A stretch of DNA of 63,969 nucleotides, filler included, from an uncultured bacterium (GTDB lineage: Bacteria; Hinthialibacterota; Hinthialibacteria; Hinthialibacterales; Hinthialibacteraceae): assembly GCA_964449065.1 (NCBI GenBank). It is 5 parts of 5 records of this genome, joined end to end, with 100 filler letters (N's around TTAATTAATTAA, not from the genome) between each part and the next. Parts side by side here need not be neighbours in the genome. Positions count along the whole stretch, not along the records: positions 28,566 to 42,698 come from CAYVAZ010000122.1; positions 42,799 to 56,665 come from CAYVAZ010000125.1; 3 more parts are not named here. One strand, given 5' to 3'. Position 1 is the first letter of the stretch. Each line of letters starts with the position of its first letter. The notes under the pieces were generated by a model. The model did not search any database, had not been told where the DNA came from, and was given only the letters and a program-made list of their open reading frames with translations. A program made the translations under genes and the position numbers. Positions 39,539-50,097 of this stretch are shown here, piece after piece.

Positions 39539-40558
39539 CTAGTCTATCATCTCTTCCGAACTGTTGCGGTCAAACTCAATATCGCCGGATTCCTGCATTT
39601 TTCGGAGTATGGTAATGATGCGCTGCTGGGATTCTTCCACGTTTTTGATGCGTACGGGACCCATCATATCCATCTCTTCGCGAATGTCTTCAGCCGCCCG
39701 GGTGGACAGATTGCCGAAGATTTGATTTTTAATTTCATCGCCGGCGCCTTTTAGCGCGATGGCCAGTTCTTTAAAGTCTATTTCCTTCAATACTTTTCGC
39801 AACGATTTATCGTCCAATACGATTAGGTCGTCAAAGGTGTACATGCGTTGTTTGATTTCGGTTGCCAGATCGTTGTTGTTGTCTTCCAGCGACTGCATGA
39901 TGGATTTGGTGGAATGTTGATCCAAACGGTTGAGTACTTCCGCCAGCGCGTCGATTCCACCGGCGTGGCTGAAGTCTTGGGTTAAGACGGTGCTGAGTTT
40001 TTTCTCCAGAATGCGCTCGATCTCGGAGATGATTTCCGGGTTGGTTTGATCCATGGTGGCGATGCGCATGGCAACTTCTTCCTGCACTTCATTCGGCAGT
40101 GCCGCCAATATGGAAGCGGCGTTGTCGTAATCCAAATGGGCGAGTACCAAGGCGATGGTTTGCGGGTGTTCATGTTGTACGAATTCGATCAGGTTGCCGG
40201 GGTCGATATGGCGAAGAAAATCGAATGGAGTACCGGTTAAGATGCCTTGCAGGCGTTCGACGATTTCCATGGCGCGGCCGGGACCCAGCGCTTTTTCCAG
40301 TATATCGCGGGCGGTGCCGATGCCGCCGTGGTTGATGTATTGTTTGGCCATGGCCGTGTGATAGAACTCTTCGATCACCTGGTTGGAGATATCTTGCGAG
40401 ATTTTGCCCATGTTGGCGATCTCGAAGGTAATTTGCTCAATTTCCTGGTCGGACATATAGCGGTAGACCTGCGACGCGATATCCGGTCCCAGTGAGAGCA
40501 GAAGGGTCGCGGCTTTTTTACGGCCGGATAGTTTGGGTTGTTCTTCTCTTGGCGGCAT
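39539..40558 (-). CDS. fliG: Flagellar motor switch protein
   Basis: KAATLLLSLG, EHPQTIAL, MYTFDDL, LAIALKGA, NLSTRAA, MGPVR. Confidence 0.97.
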   Translation of the reverse strand: MPPREEQPKLSGRKKAATLLLSLGPDIASQVYRYMSDQEIEQITFEIANMGKISQDISNQVIEEFYHTAMAKQYINHGGIGTARDILEKALGPGRAMEIVERLQGILTGTPFDFLRHIDPGNLIEFVQHEHPQTIALVLAHLDYDNAASILAALPNEVQEEVAMRIATMDQTNPEIISEIERILEKKLSTVLTQDFSHAGGIDALAEVLNRLDQHSTKSIMQSLEDNNNDLATEIKQRMYTFDDLIVLDDKSLRKVLKEIDFKELAIALKGAGDEIKNQIFGNLSTRAAEDIREEMDMMGPVRIKNVEESQQRIITILRKMQESGDIEFDRNSSEEMID

Positions 40559-40783
40559 GGTGTATACTCTCTATATTCGTGATTCCCGGTGGGCCGGTAC
40601 GGCGCGGCCCACGCTGCGTTTGATTTACACTAGTTTTATGTACACTATCAGTGCTTCCGGCTCGGCGGGAGCCTCGCCTTCCCAAGTTTCGCTTGCGCGG
40701 GCGGTGGGCTACGCTTCGTTTTTAGCCCTACGGTTACATCTTTTCCTCTATCATAGAACCCTATTCTTTATGTTCTGTTTCCA

Positions 40784-42373
40784 TTATGAGCTGAGCCAGG
40801 ATTTAATGATCGTTGCCACTTCTTCCGGTTTTTCAGCCGCGTAGTTGATAACGTGTTCCTGCATTTTGATGCGCCGCTGTTCTTCGGCAGGCAGGCTGCC
40901 GATGTCCCCAAATTCCGCCAGACCCAATTGCGACAGTGTGAGTTCCTTGGCTTCGGAAACCGGTTCGATCGGGATTTCGTCGGTGACTTCTTCTTCTTCG
41001 ATTTCCGGCGGAGCGAAGGCGCGTTGGAAGAAGACATACGCGAAGTATCCAAGCGCGAACAAGAGCACGAGTGGAATTAACGATTGCACAATAGATGTTG
41101 CGGTTGCGATCATTTGCTCGCGCGCGCGTCTTTCTTCGGCGGTTTGATCAAATTTGTGGCTTTGGATTTCAAATTTAATGGGAGAGTCCGCCGCCGGAAA
41201 TAGAGGAAGGCCGGAAGCCAAGCGAAGCAGCGATTCGTATTGCTGCAATTGTTCCTCGGTCCGGGGTATCAATTGCCCTTCCTCGTCGTAATAATGATTA
41301 ACCAGCACCGAAACACCGATATCGGTGATGACGCCTTGTTCTTCTTCGGTTATGGTTTTCATCCAGGGGTGGCGGTTGTTGACAATATCTTCTTCTATGC
41401 TGGTGTTGCTGGTTTCTCCTTCGGCGCCGATGCCGTCGTCTTGTACGTTTGATACCACGCCGGGCGGTCCGGATATGCCCTGTGATTCTGTCGTTTCAAT
41501 GTAGGATTTTTGGCTGACGGTTGCGGGGGCTTCTCCGTCAATGTGGACGTTTTCCACGGATTGCTTTGTCCAGTCCATAAGCACATTGACTTGCACGACA
41601 TAATTCCCTTCGCCGACCAGTTCTTCCAAATGGGCGGCGACTTTGTTTTCGATCATGGCTTCATGCTGGTGGCGGACTTCCAAGCGTTTGTGGACCTCTT
41701 TCACGCCGGGTTCGACGGAAGAATCTTCACTTAACAATTCGTTGTTGCTGCCGGTCACGGTCACGTTTTCCGGCCGCAAGCGTCCGACGGCGGCGGCAAC
41801 AAGGTGTTGGATTCCCCGGACATCCGGCCGGCCGGATGAGACGACTTTGACGGACGCGGTGGGTTCGACTTCATCTTCTTTAAAAAGCGTTTGCGACGGG
41901 GTATCCAGCGTTACGACCGCGCTGTCGATGTTTCGGGCGCCTTCGGTAATGGTTCGGGCCAAGCGGCTTTCGAGGGCGCGCTTTTTATTTAAATTAAACA
42001 GATCATCGGTCATGCCGAAGGAGAATTCATCGAAGAGTTCATAGCTTTTGCCGAAATCCGCGCCGATGAGACCCTCACTGGAGAGTTTCAGCAAGGTTTC
42101 ATTTTTAACGGTTTCATCCACTTCAATTTGTGTAGTGCTGATGACTTTGTGGTCGATGTTGTTTTGTTCAAGATAATCACGGACGTTCGCAATGACATCT
42201 TGGTCGGCGGTGATCAGATTGACCATTTGAGGACGGCCGGCAAGATAGACGGCGATCCCCAACGTCACCAGTAGCAAGACAGGTGCGGATACGAACATGA
42301 TGCGCTGCTGGGGATTGAGTTGTTCCCAGACACGAATCACCTGTTCGCGCAGTTGTTCCCAAAAATCGTTCAT
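40784..42373 (-). CDS. fliF: Flagellar MS-ring protein
   Basis: Two TMs, YELFD..FGMT, RALESRLARTI, PTASV, HLVAAAV..LRPENVTV; upstream of fliG. Confidence 0.93.
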   Translation of the reverse strand: MNDFWEQLREQVIRVWEQLNPQQRIMFVSAPVLLLVTLGIAVYLAGRPQMVNLITADQDVIANVRDYLEQNNIDHKVISTTQIEVDETVKNETLLKLSSEGLIGADFGKSYELFDEFSFGMTDDLFNLNKKRALESRLARTITEGARNIDSAVVTLDTPSQTLFKEDEVEPTASVKVVSSGRPDVRGIQHLVAAAVGRLRPENVTVTGSNNELLSEDSSVEPGVKEVHKRLEVRHQHEAMIENKVAAHLEELVGEGNYVVQVNVLMDWTKQSVENVHIDGEAPATVSQKSYIETTESQGISGPPGVVSNVQDDGIGAEGETSNTSIEEDIVNNRHPWMKTITEEEQGVITDIGVSVLVNHYYDEEGQLIPRTEEQLQQYESLLRLASGLPLFPAADSPIKFEIQSHKFDQTAEERRAREQMIATATSIVQSLIPLVLLFALGYFAYVFFQRAFAPPEIEEEEVTDEIPIEPVSEAKELTLSQLGLAEFGDIGSLPAEEQRRIKMQEHVINYAAEKPEEVATIIKSWLSS

Positions 42374-42698
42374 GTTGTGCGCCTCATATCAGCCCGCTTA
42401 GGCCCGCATCGAAATCAATAAAATAAAAATGTATATCGTTGTTTAACCGCGAATGGACGCGAATTAAACGAAATGATTGTTTGTGTTAGGCGGGATGCCT
42501 GCACCACAATCTCTTTCATTAAGTCATTCTGCAAGTCATTCTGCGCTTCCGGCCCGGTGGGAGCCTCGCCCTCCCGGTCCCGCTTGCGCGAGTGGTGGGC
42601 TATGCTTTGCTTTTTCCCACCCTACCTTTATTTATATTAATATCTGATGTTACGCATTCGTTACGATATGCTTGTTATTTTAGTCAATCGCTGAAACG

Positions 42699-42798
42699 NN
42701 NNNNNNNNNNNNNNNNNNNNNNNNNNNNNNNNNNNNNNNNNNTTAATTAATTAANNNNNNNNNNNNNNNNNNNNNNNNNNNNNNNNNNNNNNNNNNNN
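42699..42798. other. Artificial contig linker
   Basis: N44-TTAATTAATTAA-N44. Confidence 0.99.
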
Positions 42799-42899
42799 CT
42801 TTCCTCTTCGTTTTTTGCCATCCTATAATACGTTCTGAAATACCGTTACACTGATAGCATCAAATCAAAGGGCTTTTATTCTAATTATTGGAGGAAAAA

Positions 42900-44102
42900 A
42901 TGAAAACGCTTTTTATTTCTGTCATTTCAATTTGTCTCTTCTCTCTTTCACTTTATGCCGAAACCTACAGTGTCAGCGTTGACGCGGGTCAATATGAAAG
43001 GATGAATACGCCGGTCTCCGTACAGATATCCGGAACCCGTGCCAACGAAAATACCAGTGTCAGCGTCAAAGGCCCTACCGGCAACTGGCAGCCCGCTCAA
43101 GTAGAAGCCATGCAGGACGGCAGCATCCGCGTATGGTGGATTGTCGATCACCTAAACAAGGGGCAATCGGCTGAGTATCAAATTCAACTGGATAAAGACA
43201 GCAGCAACGGAATGTTTCTTTGGAAAGATGTCGATAACACGCCTTTGGATATGATGGATTTACTGTTTGATGGGCAACCCGTTTTAACATATATGCATAC
43301 GCCATACGACACGACGAATGTGGAAGAAACCAAAAAGCCCTTCCATCATGTGTATGACCCCGACGGGCGTAGACCAATCACCAAAGGCGCGGGCGGAAGA
43401 TACTCACACCACCGCGGTATATATGCCGGTTACAGCAAATGCCGGGTCGGCGGCGAAGTGTATGACATTTGGCACGCCAGCAATGGAGAGCATTCCGAGC
43501 ACAACCGCGTGGCGAAAGAATTTTGGGGACCGGTCATGGGCGGACACACAGTCCTTATCGACTGGAACGATAGAGAAGGCGAAACATTCCTGCGCGAACG
43601 CCGCACGCTGCGTGTCTTTGCGCAACCGCATGATCAACGGTTGATCCAACTGACCACAAGGCTCCATTCGTTGCGGGGTCGAATTGAATTGGATGGAGAC
43701 CGGCAGCATGCCGGTGTGCAATTCCGCGCTTCGCAATATGTGGCGGAAAACGAAAAAGCGACCCGCTATCTGCGGCCGGAACAATACAAAGACTTGCCCG
43801 CGGATCAACAGTTTAACGGCGATGATTATAAAGATTTACCCTGGAACTGTTTGCAATTCCCAATTCAAGAGCGCCAATATAATGTCGCGTACCTAACCGA
43901 TCCTGCCAACCCCGATGATGCCCGGTTTTCGGAACGCTTATACGGGCGCTTCGGCGAGTTTATCCCATTCACCCTCAACAAGAATAACGATTTGGTATTA
44001 CGCTACCGCTGGTGGATTACAGCCGATCATGAAATTTCACGTTCCGATGTGGATCAAAAGTATCAAGAGTTGGCTTCGCCCATCAAAGTGAAGTTGGAAT
44101 AA
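42900..44102 (+). CDS. Secreted DUF6807/PmoA-like family protein (not a true methane monooxygenase)
   Basis: Signal peptide, KPFHHVYDPDG..IT, HHRGIY, RLYGRFG. Confidence 0.7.
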   Translation: MKTLFISVISICLFSLSLYAETYSVSVDAGQYERMNTPVSVQISGTRANENTSVSVKGPTGNWQPAQVEAMQDGSIRVWWIVDHLNKGQSAEYQIQLDKDSSNGMFLWKDVDNTPLDMMDLLFDGQPVLTYMHTPYDTTNVEETKKPFHHVYDPDGRRPITKGAGGRYSHHRGIYAGYSKCRVGGEVYDIWHASNGEHSEHNRVAKEFWGPVMGGHTVLIDWNDREGETFLRERRTLRVFAQPHDQRLIQLTTRLHSLRGRIELDGDRQHAGVQFRASQYVAENEKATRYLRPEQYKDLPADQQFNGDDYKDLPWNCLQFPIQERQYNVAYLTDPANPDDARFSERLYGRFGEFIPFTLNKNNDLVLRYRWWITADHEISRSDVDQKYQELASPIKVKLE

Positions 44103-44187
44103 ATATTCGTAGAATAAATGATGGGCAAGTCCGTATCTTGCCCATCGGTATGAAATGAACAATGGGTTTATAGAATTGTTTGTTGTA

Positions 44188-44290
44188 ATACCATTTACAA
44201 TTAGGATTGTCACATTAGCGCGGCAATAAGCCTCAACGAAAGAAAGACTTAGCGCCTTTCTTTCCCGATAATCCTAAATAGCATTGGTAT
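44188..44290. repeat. ~100-bp MITE-like or structured element, copy 2
   Basis: ATACCA..TTAGGATT ... AATCCTAA..TGGTAT; homologous to 15022-15122. Confidence 0.65.
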
Positions 44291-44376
44291 AAAGAAAGTC
44301 AACACAAAGTAAAATTGATTAGAGGATTTTCTGATTCGTTGAATACACTGTTGAAGCATAAATTGAGAAATTCTAC

Positions 44377-44619
44377 ATGAAAACTTTAACCATCAATTTA
44401 CCATCCAATACAGATATAGATGACCAGGAAGCCAAAATGGCTCTTGCTTCGAAATTGTATGAGAGGGGAAAATTGTCTCTCGGACAAGCAGCGGAATTGG
44501 CGGAACACACCAAGGAATCATTTATGGATTTGCTTGCTGATTATAACGTTCCACTAATCAATCATTCCCCGGATGAGCTGGATGAAGATATAAAAAATGC
44601 CGAAAGTCACAGTCTCTGA
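44377..44619 (+). CDS. UPF0175-family putative antitoxin
   Basis: LASKLYERGKLSLGQAAELA..FM. Confidence 0.9.
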   Translation: MKTLTINLPSNTDIDDQEAKMALASKLYERGKLSLGQAAELAEHTKESFMDLLADYNVPLINHSPDELDEDIKNAESHSL

Positions 44620-45052
44620 TGCTAGTTGCCTGATCCTGTTTGCAAAAATCGGCGAACTGGAACTTCTAAGAAAGGTGTATGGAAACATCCTCATAACGAA
44701 TTCGGTTGCAAAGGAATTCAATCGACCGGTACCAAAATGGATCAAAATCATCAATCCAAAGGCAAAAAGTCATGCAGAACTATACAGCCTTCTTGATATG
44801 GGAGAGGCGTCGAGTATTGCATTGGCTACTGAATACAGCGATTCTCTTTTGATCGTTGATGAAACAAAAGGAAGAAAAATCGCCAGAGAATTGGGGCTTC
44901 GCATAACAGGATCACTTGGTGTGTTGGTCACTGCCAAAAATCTTGGCTATCTTCAATCGATCAAGTCCATCCTGAAAAAGATAGAACAAACAAACTTCCG
45001 AATTTCAAAAACTTTGATTCATAAGATATTGCAAACAGCAAACGAGATCTGA
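44597..45052 (+). CDS. DUF3368 PIN-domain putative toxin
   Basis: VSDASCLI, LDMGEASSIALA, LIVDE.KGRKIA, ITGSLGVL, FRIS; overlaps UPF0175 gene. Confidence 0.9.
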   Translation: MPKVTVSDASCLILFAKIGELELLRKVYGNILITNSVAKEFNRPVPKWIKIINPKAKSHAELYSLLDMGEASSIALATEYSDSLLIVDETKGRKIARELGLRITGSLGVLVTAKNLGYLQSIKSILKKIEQTNFRISKTLIHKILQTANEI

Positions 45053-45356
45053 TTGTTAATTACCCCCCCACCTAACTTCCACCAACATATTTGTTGCTCT
45101 CCGTACATATTCCATAATAGGAGAAAAAGAAATCATGCACGGGGAGAATCGGCTTCCAGCCGGTGCGTCAATTCTTTTGATTTTCTTCGTACCAAAATGG
45201 ATACTCCTCCACAGCTTCAGCCCATCCGTTCTTTACCGTATTCGTTCGAATATCATTCCAAATTTTTCCCACATTTTACCCTCCAGATTTGTGCACGGAG
45301 AATAGATTATATTGAGGGAGATTGTGGATGCATCATTTTTTGAGACCGTATTTTTT

Positions 45357-45390
45357 AAAAAAAGGTTCCCGATCGCTGGGAACCTTTTTT
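45357..45390. terminator. Bidirectional intrinsic terminator downstream of sodN
   Basis: AAAAAAAGGTTCCC-loop-GGGAACCTTTTTT. Confidence 0.85.
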
Positions 45391-45410
45391 CATGTTTGAT
45401 TGAATTCCGT

Positions 45411-45872
45411 TTACTTCTCGAAGTAGGATTCTTTGAAGTCGCCAACCAATTCACGCAATTTATCCACATTTTCGGTATCGGTGGTTTGCTTGCATTTCAT
45501 GGCGGTAACAATCATGTGGTGCAGCATTTCCAACTGGCTCAAATACTTTTCTTTGCCGTCGCCTTCGGTGGGCTTAATGCGTTGTGCCAAGAAGTAGAAG
45601 GTAACAATATGTGTTAACTCATCGGCATGCTGTTCTTTGTTGGTGACCCAGCGTACAACCTGGTTAGCGTTCGGCTGTTCGTTTTCCATGAGTTCCTCGA
45701 TTTGGTTCATGGATTTTTCGATGGTGTCGCAATGCTCCAACATCATCGTAAAACGGGTTTCATCGCCGTAAATTCCGCAGGGAATTTGACAATGGGTGTA
45801 AGACTGCATGGCAAACACCCCCGAAAGAACCAACAAAACGCCCAATCCAATATACATACTGATTTTTTGCAT
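45411..45872 (-). CDS. sodN: Nickel superoxide dismutase precursor
   Basis: Ni-hook HCQIPCGIY after a hydrophobic leader; NQVVRWV..KEQHA; YFLAQRIKP; KCKQ. Confidence 0.93.
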   Translation of the reverse strand: MQKISMYIGLGVLLVLSGVFAMQSYTHCQIPCGIYGDETRFTMMLEHCDTIEKSMNQIEELMENEQPNANQVVRWVTNKEQHADELTHIVTFYFLAQRIKPTEGDGKEKYLSQLEMLHHMIVTAMKCKQTTDTENVDKLRELVGDFKESYFEK

Positions 45873-46018
45873 CGATATACCCCTTTCCATTCTTTGAAAT
45901 TAATCGTGTGTTTATTCAATATAGCAAACTTTGACTGCCAGAAAAGCGTAAATAAGCAAACAAGAACGAATTGCCAACTGAATATCTCTCACCCTAGCGG
46001 ATTTTTGTTTACGGTTGA

Positions 46019-47209
46019 TTAAACGGATTGTTTTTTTATTTCATCTCTATGGTGATGAATGCATTCCAACGCTTCGCAAACAATGGAGGCTTCGCTTTCT
46101 GTCATATCCGAATAGAGAGGCAATGTGAGGATACGCTCTTCCAGCCAGAGCGTATTGGGCAAGCGTTCGTGTATATTCGGTTCGGCATAATGTTTATAGG
46201 CGGTCATTTTGTGCAGGGTTGGTGAAAAATACACGCGGGTCGATATTCCTTCTTCTTCAAGAGCTCGTTTTACCACATCCCGCGGCAGCCCGAATTCATC
46301 GTCAATTACAATCGAAAAATCTTTATAGGAACACCGGTCATTTGGATTGACCTTTTGAAATTTAATTCCCGGCAAATTGGATAAGCGTTCTTTGATAGAA
46401 TCCACAATCCGGTTTCGCCGCGCGGCTGCTTCTTCAAGCATATTCAGCGACTCTAGCGCGCAGATTGCATGAAACTCGCTCATGCGGGCATTCATCCCGC
46501 AAAACAGCGAATCGTAGTTTCCGGGATTGCCGTAATTCCTTCCCCACCGAACATGCCGCGCCACTTCATCATGATTCGTCGCCACAATTCCGCCCTCTCC
46601 CGCAATCAGCAATTTTGTGGGAGACAGGCTAAACACTTCGGCCTCGCCGTTGCCGCCAATTGGCACTCCATTTTGCAGCGTTCCAAAACCATGTGCGGAA
46701 TCGAACAACATTTTTAAATTCTGCCGCTCCGCAATCATTTTTAGCTCAGGTATGGCTACCGGATTGCCGAAAATAGGTACAGCTACAATGGCGGCTGTTT
46801 GAGGCGTTAGGGTCTGCTCAACAGACGAGGGTGAAATGGTAAACATTTCTTTGTCTATATCGGCGAATTGAATCCGGTGCCCGTTCCAAACCGGGGCAAT
46901 GGCAGATGCCATAAAGGTAAAACTGGGCAAAATTACTTCCGCCTCTTTGGGCAAAGACAGCGATTGCATGGCCAGCACCAGCCCAGTGGTACAACTGGAT
47001 ACGGCAACTGCGTGTTTCACCTGTAAATGAGTTTGAATGCATTGTTCGAATTGTTCTAAATAAGTACCGTTGGTCACCATGCCGCGGGAAAGAATTTCTG
47101 CATAGCGTGTTTCCATGGCTTTTATAGATGGCAACACAGGGCGGGCAAATGGTAACGCGGGGCTAGCCAATGGGTTTCCGCCTAAAATAGAAGGTTGTCT
47201 TAAATTCAC
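46019..47209 (-). CDS. DegT/DnrJ/EryC1/StrS sugar aminotransferase
   Basis: AVAVSSCT, PSFTFMAS, DSAHGFG, FSLSPTK..GEGG, NARMSE, LPLY. Confidence 0.93.
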   Translation of the reverse strand: MNLRQPSILGGNPLASPALPFARPVLPSIKAMETRYAEILSRGMVTNGTYLEQFEQCIQTHLQVKHAVAVSSCTTGLVLAMQSLSLPKEAEVILPSFTFMASAIAPVWNGHRIQFADIDKEMFTISPSSVEQTLTPQTAAIVAVPIFGNPVAIPELKMIAERQNLKMLFDSAHGFGTLQNGVPIGGNGEAEVFSLSPTKLLIAGEGGIVATNHDEVARHVRWGRNYGNPGNYDSLFCGMNARMSEFHAICALESLNMLEEAAARRNRIVDSIKERLSNLPGIKFQKVNPNDRCSYKDFSIVIDDEFGLPRDVVKRALEEEGISTRVYFSPTLHKMTAYKHYAEPNIHERLPNTLWLEERILTLPLYSDMTESEASIVCEALECIHHHRDEIKKQSV

Positions 47210-47458
47210 AGTGAACTTCTTTCGATGTAAAGAAATGTATAGCTGCTTTTATACGGTAAAATATTTTATGTTCAAAAGCAGATAACTTTCTTCTGATTAG
47301 CTATAAAAACATACAAAACAGTTAGACTTCAAAAAATGGTGTAGTTGAAACTCTATGAGTTTATATACTTTCTAATATAATTTAAGATTTGAAGTCTCCA
47401 ATAATTTTATTATTATGAACTGGGTTGAGTATCAAATATTAAGAGGCTTGATACTTTA

Positions 47459-48331
47459 ATGAAGAACAACGATGCCAACAAAAATCTCAAAGCGGAACTC
47501 GAAAAGCGTATCGCTGTTCGGGAGAATTTAAAAGACGCGGATAAAATCAAACGCGAACTGCGTAAGGCAGGCGATATTGACTCTTTAGCCGGTGGTTCCA
47601 CTGATTACGAAATAGAAAGCCTCGGCACGATTGGCAAAAGCGACAATGAATTGGTCAATAGCTTGACCGAAGCCCTGAATGAATTTTTAGAGAAAGTAGG
47701 TGAATACGCATTCGGCAGCCATCAACTGAAACGCTACTTTCCCGGTAATAAATTATTGGCGCTGGTTAAAGCCATGAAATCCGCCGGTTTGGATTTGGAA
47801 TCCCGCTATGTGATGGACATCTTCAAAACCCGCGTGAAAGAACGAAGCGGCGGGAAAGTTCCGACCATCAAAGAACGGAAGGGCATGTTTGGCGGATCAT
47901 CGGAACGGCAAATGAAATCAGAAGAAATCGTGCAAAAATATGAAGTGGAAGTGGACATTCCCAAAGATGGCAAAGAAGTCGCTCCCCTAACCGCGGTCGG
48001 AACGCAAAAGGGAATTATGAAACACTTAAACGATTCTCTTCTGCATAATGAAGAAATCGAAGACCCCTTTAAAAAAGGACCCCGCAAGACTGTCGCCAAA
48101 TTTATGCAGGCCGTTAAGTTGCTGAACCCTTCCGCGAATGATCCCAACGAAAAAATGTTTATCGCGGCCCTGTTAACGCCGGATTCCGTCCAGCCAAAAT
48201 CGGGCGGAGACAAAGAACTGATCGAAAAATTGACCACCATCTTTAAACGCGGATCCAAGTGGCTTGATACCAAAATTCAAGCCTCCGAAAATCAACAATC
48301 CAATGAAAACCCCCAACAAAAAGAAGCGTGA
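47459..48331 (+). CDS. Hypothetical Lys/Glu-rich protein
   Basis: 290-aa ORF with an AT-rich upstream region; no motif recognised. Confidence 0.75.
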   Translation: MKNNDANKNLKAELEKRIAVRENLKDADKIKRELRKAGDIDSLAGGSTDYEIESLGTIGKSDNELVNSLTEALNEFLEKVGEYAFGSHQLKRYFPGNKLLALVKAMKSAGLDLESRYVMDIFKTRVKERSGGKVPTIKERKGMFGGSSERQMKSEEIVQKYEVEVDIPKDGKEVAPLTAVGTQKGIMKHLNDSLLHNEEIEDPFKKGPRKTVAKFMQAVKLLNPSANDPNEKMFIAALLTPDSVQPKSGGDKELIEKLTTIFKRGSKWLDTKIQASENQQSNENPQQKEA

Positions 48332-48492
48332 TCCAAGCCAAAATGGCTTTTCCGGTAAAAGAACTTTCTTTCGGTTTCTATTTTCCATATACATTGTTTT
48401 CAGTATACATTGTCTTCAGTATACATTTAAATTCGTTTATGGCATAATTTACTTTGTGGAAGGCATAAATATTCATTTCTTGGGAAAAACAA

Positions 48493-49392
48493 ATGGCTCA
48501 TTATAACCGTAGAACCTTTCTAAAACAAAGCGCGATTACAGCCGGTTTGGCTGCCGGTGGTTCATCCGTTGTTGCGGCCCCGGTTCAAAAGCGTTACGCT
48601 ACCGATTGGGTAACCCTGGGCCGTTCCGGGATAAACGTAACCCGCTTGGGATTCGGAACCGGCAGCAATGGCGGCAGAGTGCAGCGTGAGTTAGGGCAAA
48701 AGCGTTTTACGTATTTGGTTCGCTATGCCTATGACCGGGGGATTCGCTTTTTTGATACCGCCGATAATTACGGCGGTATGCATGAGATGCTGCGCGAAGC
48801 CTTAAACGGCATAGACCGGGATACGTATGTTTTGCAAACCAAAATAAAAATTGATCCCTCTCAGAATGTTTCCCAAACCATCGACCGGTTTCGCAAAGAA
48901 TGCAATAGCGATTATTTCGATACCTTCTTGCTTCATTGCGCCCGCACCAAAACCTGGCCCAAGGATTTAGAGCGCCTTTGTGATGGACTTTCTGAAGCGA
49001 AAAGCAAAGAGATTTTGCGTGCGCAAGGGGCCTCGGTTCACGGACTCGACCCCCTCGCTGCTATGCCCGGCTGCGATTGGCTGGATACATCTCAGCTGCG
49101 CATCAATCACAACGGAACCAAAATGGACGGACCAACCGGTGATTGGATGGAAGATGGCACTCCCTATCACAACCAAGCGGCAGCCGGCGTAAAAAAAGTT
49201 CATGATGCGGGCATCGGTGTTGTGGGGATGAAAATTATCGGCAACGGCGACTTTACTTCTCCGCAGGCACGTGAAGCATCCTTTAAGTATGTCATGGGGT
49301 TGGATTTTGTGGACGCGGTAGTAATTGGATTTAAAACCCCCAAAGAAATTGATGAAGCCATCGATCGAATGAACCGCCACCTCAACGCATAA
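48493..49392 (+). CDS. Tat-exported aldo/keto reductase
   Basis: NRRTFLK signal, LGRSG..VTRLGFGT, FFDTADNYG, LQTK, LLH. Confidence 0.9.
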   Translation: MAHYNRRTFLKQSAITAGLAAGGSSVVAAPVQKRYATDWVTLGRSGINVTRLGFGTGSNGGRVQRELGQKRFTYLVRYAYDRGIRFFDTADNYGGMHEMLREALNGIDRDTYVLQTKIKIDPSQNVSQTIDRFRKECNSDYFDTFLLHCARTKTWPKDLERLCDGLSEAKSKEILRAQGASVHGLDPLAAMPGCDWLDTSQLRINHNGTKMDGPTGDWMEDGTPYHNQAAAGVKKVHDAGIGVVGMKIIGNGDFTSPQAREASFKYVMGLDFVDAVVIGFKTPKEIDEAIDRMNRHLNA

Positions 49393-49395
49393 AGT

Positions 49396-50097
49396 ATGGA
49401 CGAATTGAAATCGAAAATCGGTACAACTCAAAACCACACAAACGGAATGCGGCCTCAATTTAAAACACGCTGGAAACGGCGTGTTTTTCTCTGTGTCTCA
49501 TTGCTGATTCTGATACTCGCGCTTTATAGCTTCCGCTACCCCATTATGCAGGGCATGGCATCCTATTTGGTGCACCGGGATCAACCGGTGAATTGCGATG
49601 TGATTATTGTTCTGGGCGGCGGCGGAGCCATACGCGCGGCTAAAGCGGTTGAATTGGTACAGCAAGGTTATGCGGGCCAAATCATGATCACCCTCCCGAA
49701 AGAAGCCGAAGAAGAGGTTATGGACCGCGATTTAATCAACATGGAAAGCCTGGAATGCCAATCGGTATTTTATATGGATGGGATCGATGAAGAAAAGATA
49801 TATTGGAGCGAGGAGCCTTTTTACAGCACATACGAAGAAGCCCGCTATATCCGCGAATGGCTGCTGGAACGGGATTACAACAAAGCGATTGTTGTGCCCG
49901 GCTTGTTTCAATCCCGCCGTGCCAAATGGACCTTAGACCACTTTACGCAAAATACCGGTATATCGGTTTTGATCGTCCCCGCGGAGGGAAGGCATGTTAC
50001 TCCGAAAGATTGGTGGACGGATATTGAAGGAATCATTACAGTGGAAAATGAAATACTGAAAAACGTGTACTATACCTTTAAAATCCTGTTCAGCTAA
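49396..50097 (+). CDS. YdcF/DUF218 family membrane-anchored protein
   Basis: TM, DVIIVLGGG..RA, STYEEA, SRRA, WW..E..K. Confidence 0.85.
   Translation: MDELKSKIGTTQNHTNGMRPQFKTRWKRRVFLCVSLLILILALYSFRYPIMQGMASYLVHRDQPVNCDVIIVLGGGGAIRAAKAVELVQQGYAGQIMITLPKEAEEEVMDRDLINMESLECQSVFYMDGIDEEKIYWSEEPFYSTYEEARYIREWLLERDYNKAIVVPGLFQSRRAKWTLDHFTQNTGISVLIVPAEGRHVTPKDWWTDIEGIITVENEILKNVYYTFKILFS

Noticed and set aside
35253..42373. Non-flagellar type III secretion system
   Set aside because: Full-length FliG and FliF and the fliFGHIJ order indicate a flagellum
42900..44102. Methane monooxygenase PmoA
   Set aside because: Soluble secreted DUF6807-type protein; no TM bundle and no pmoC/pmoB
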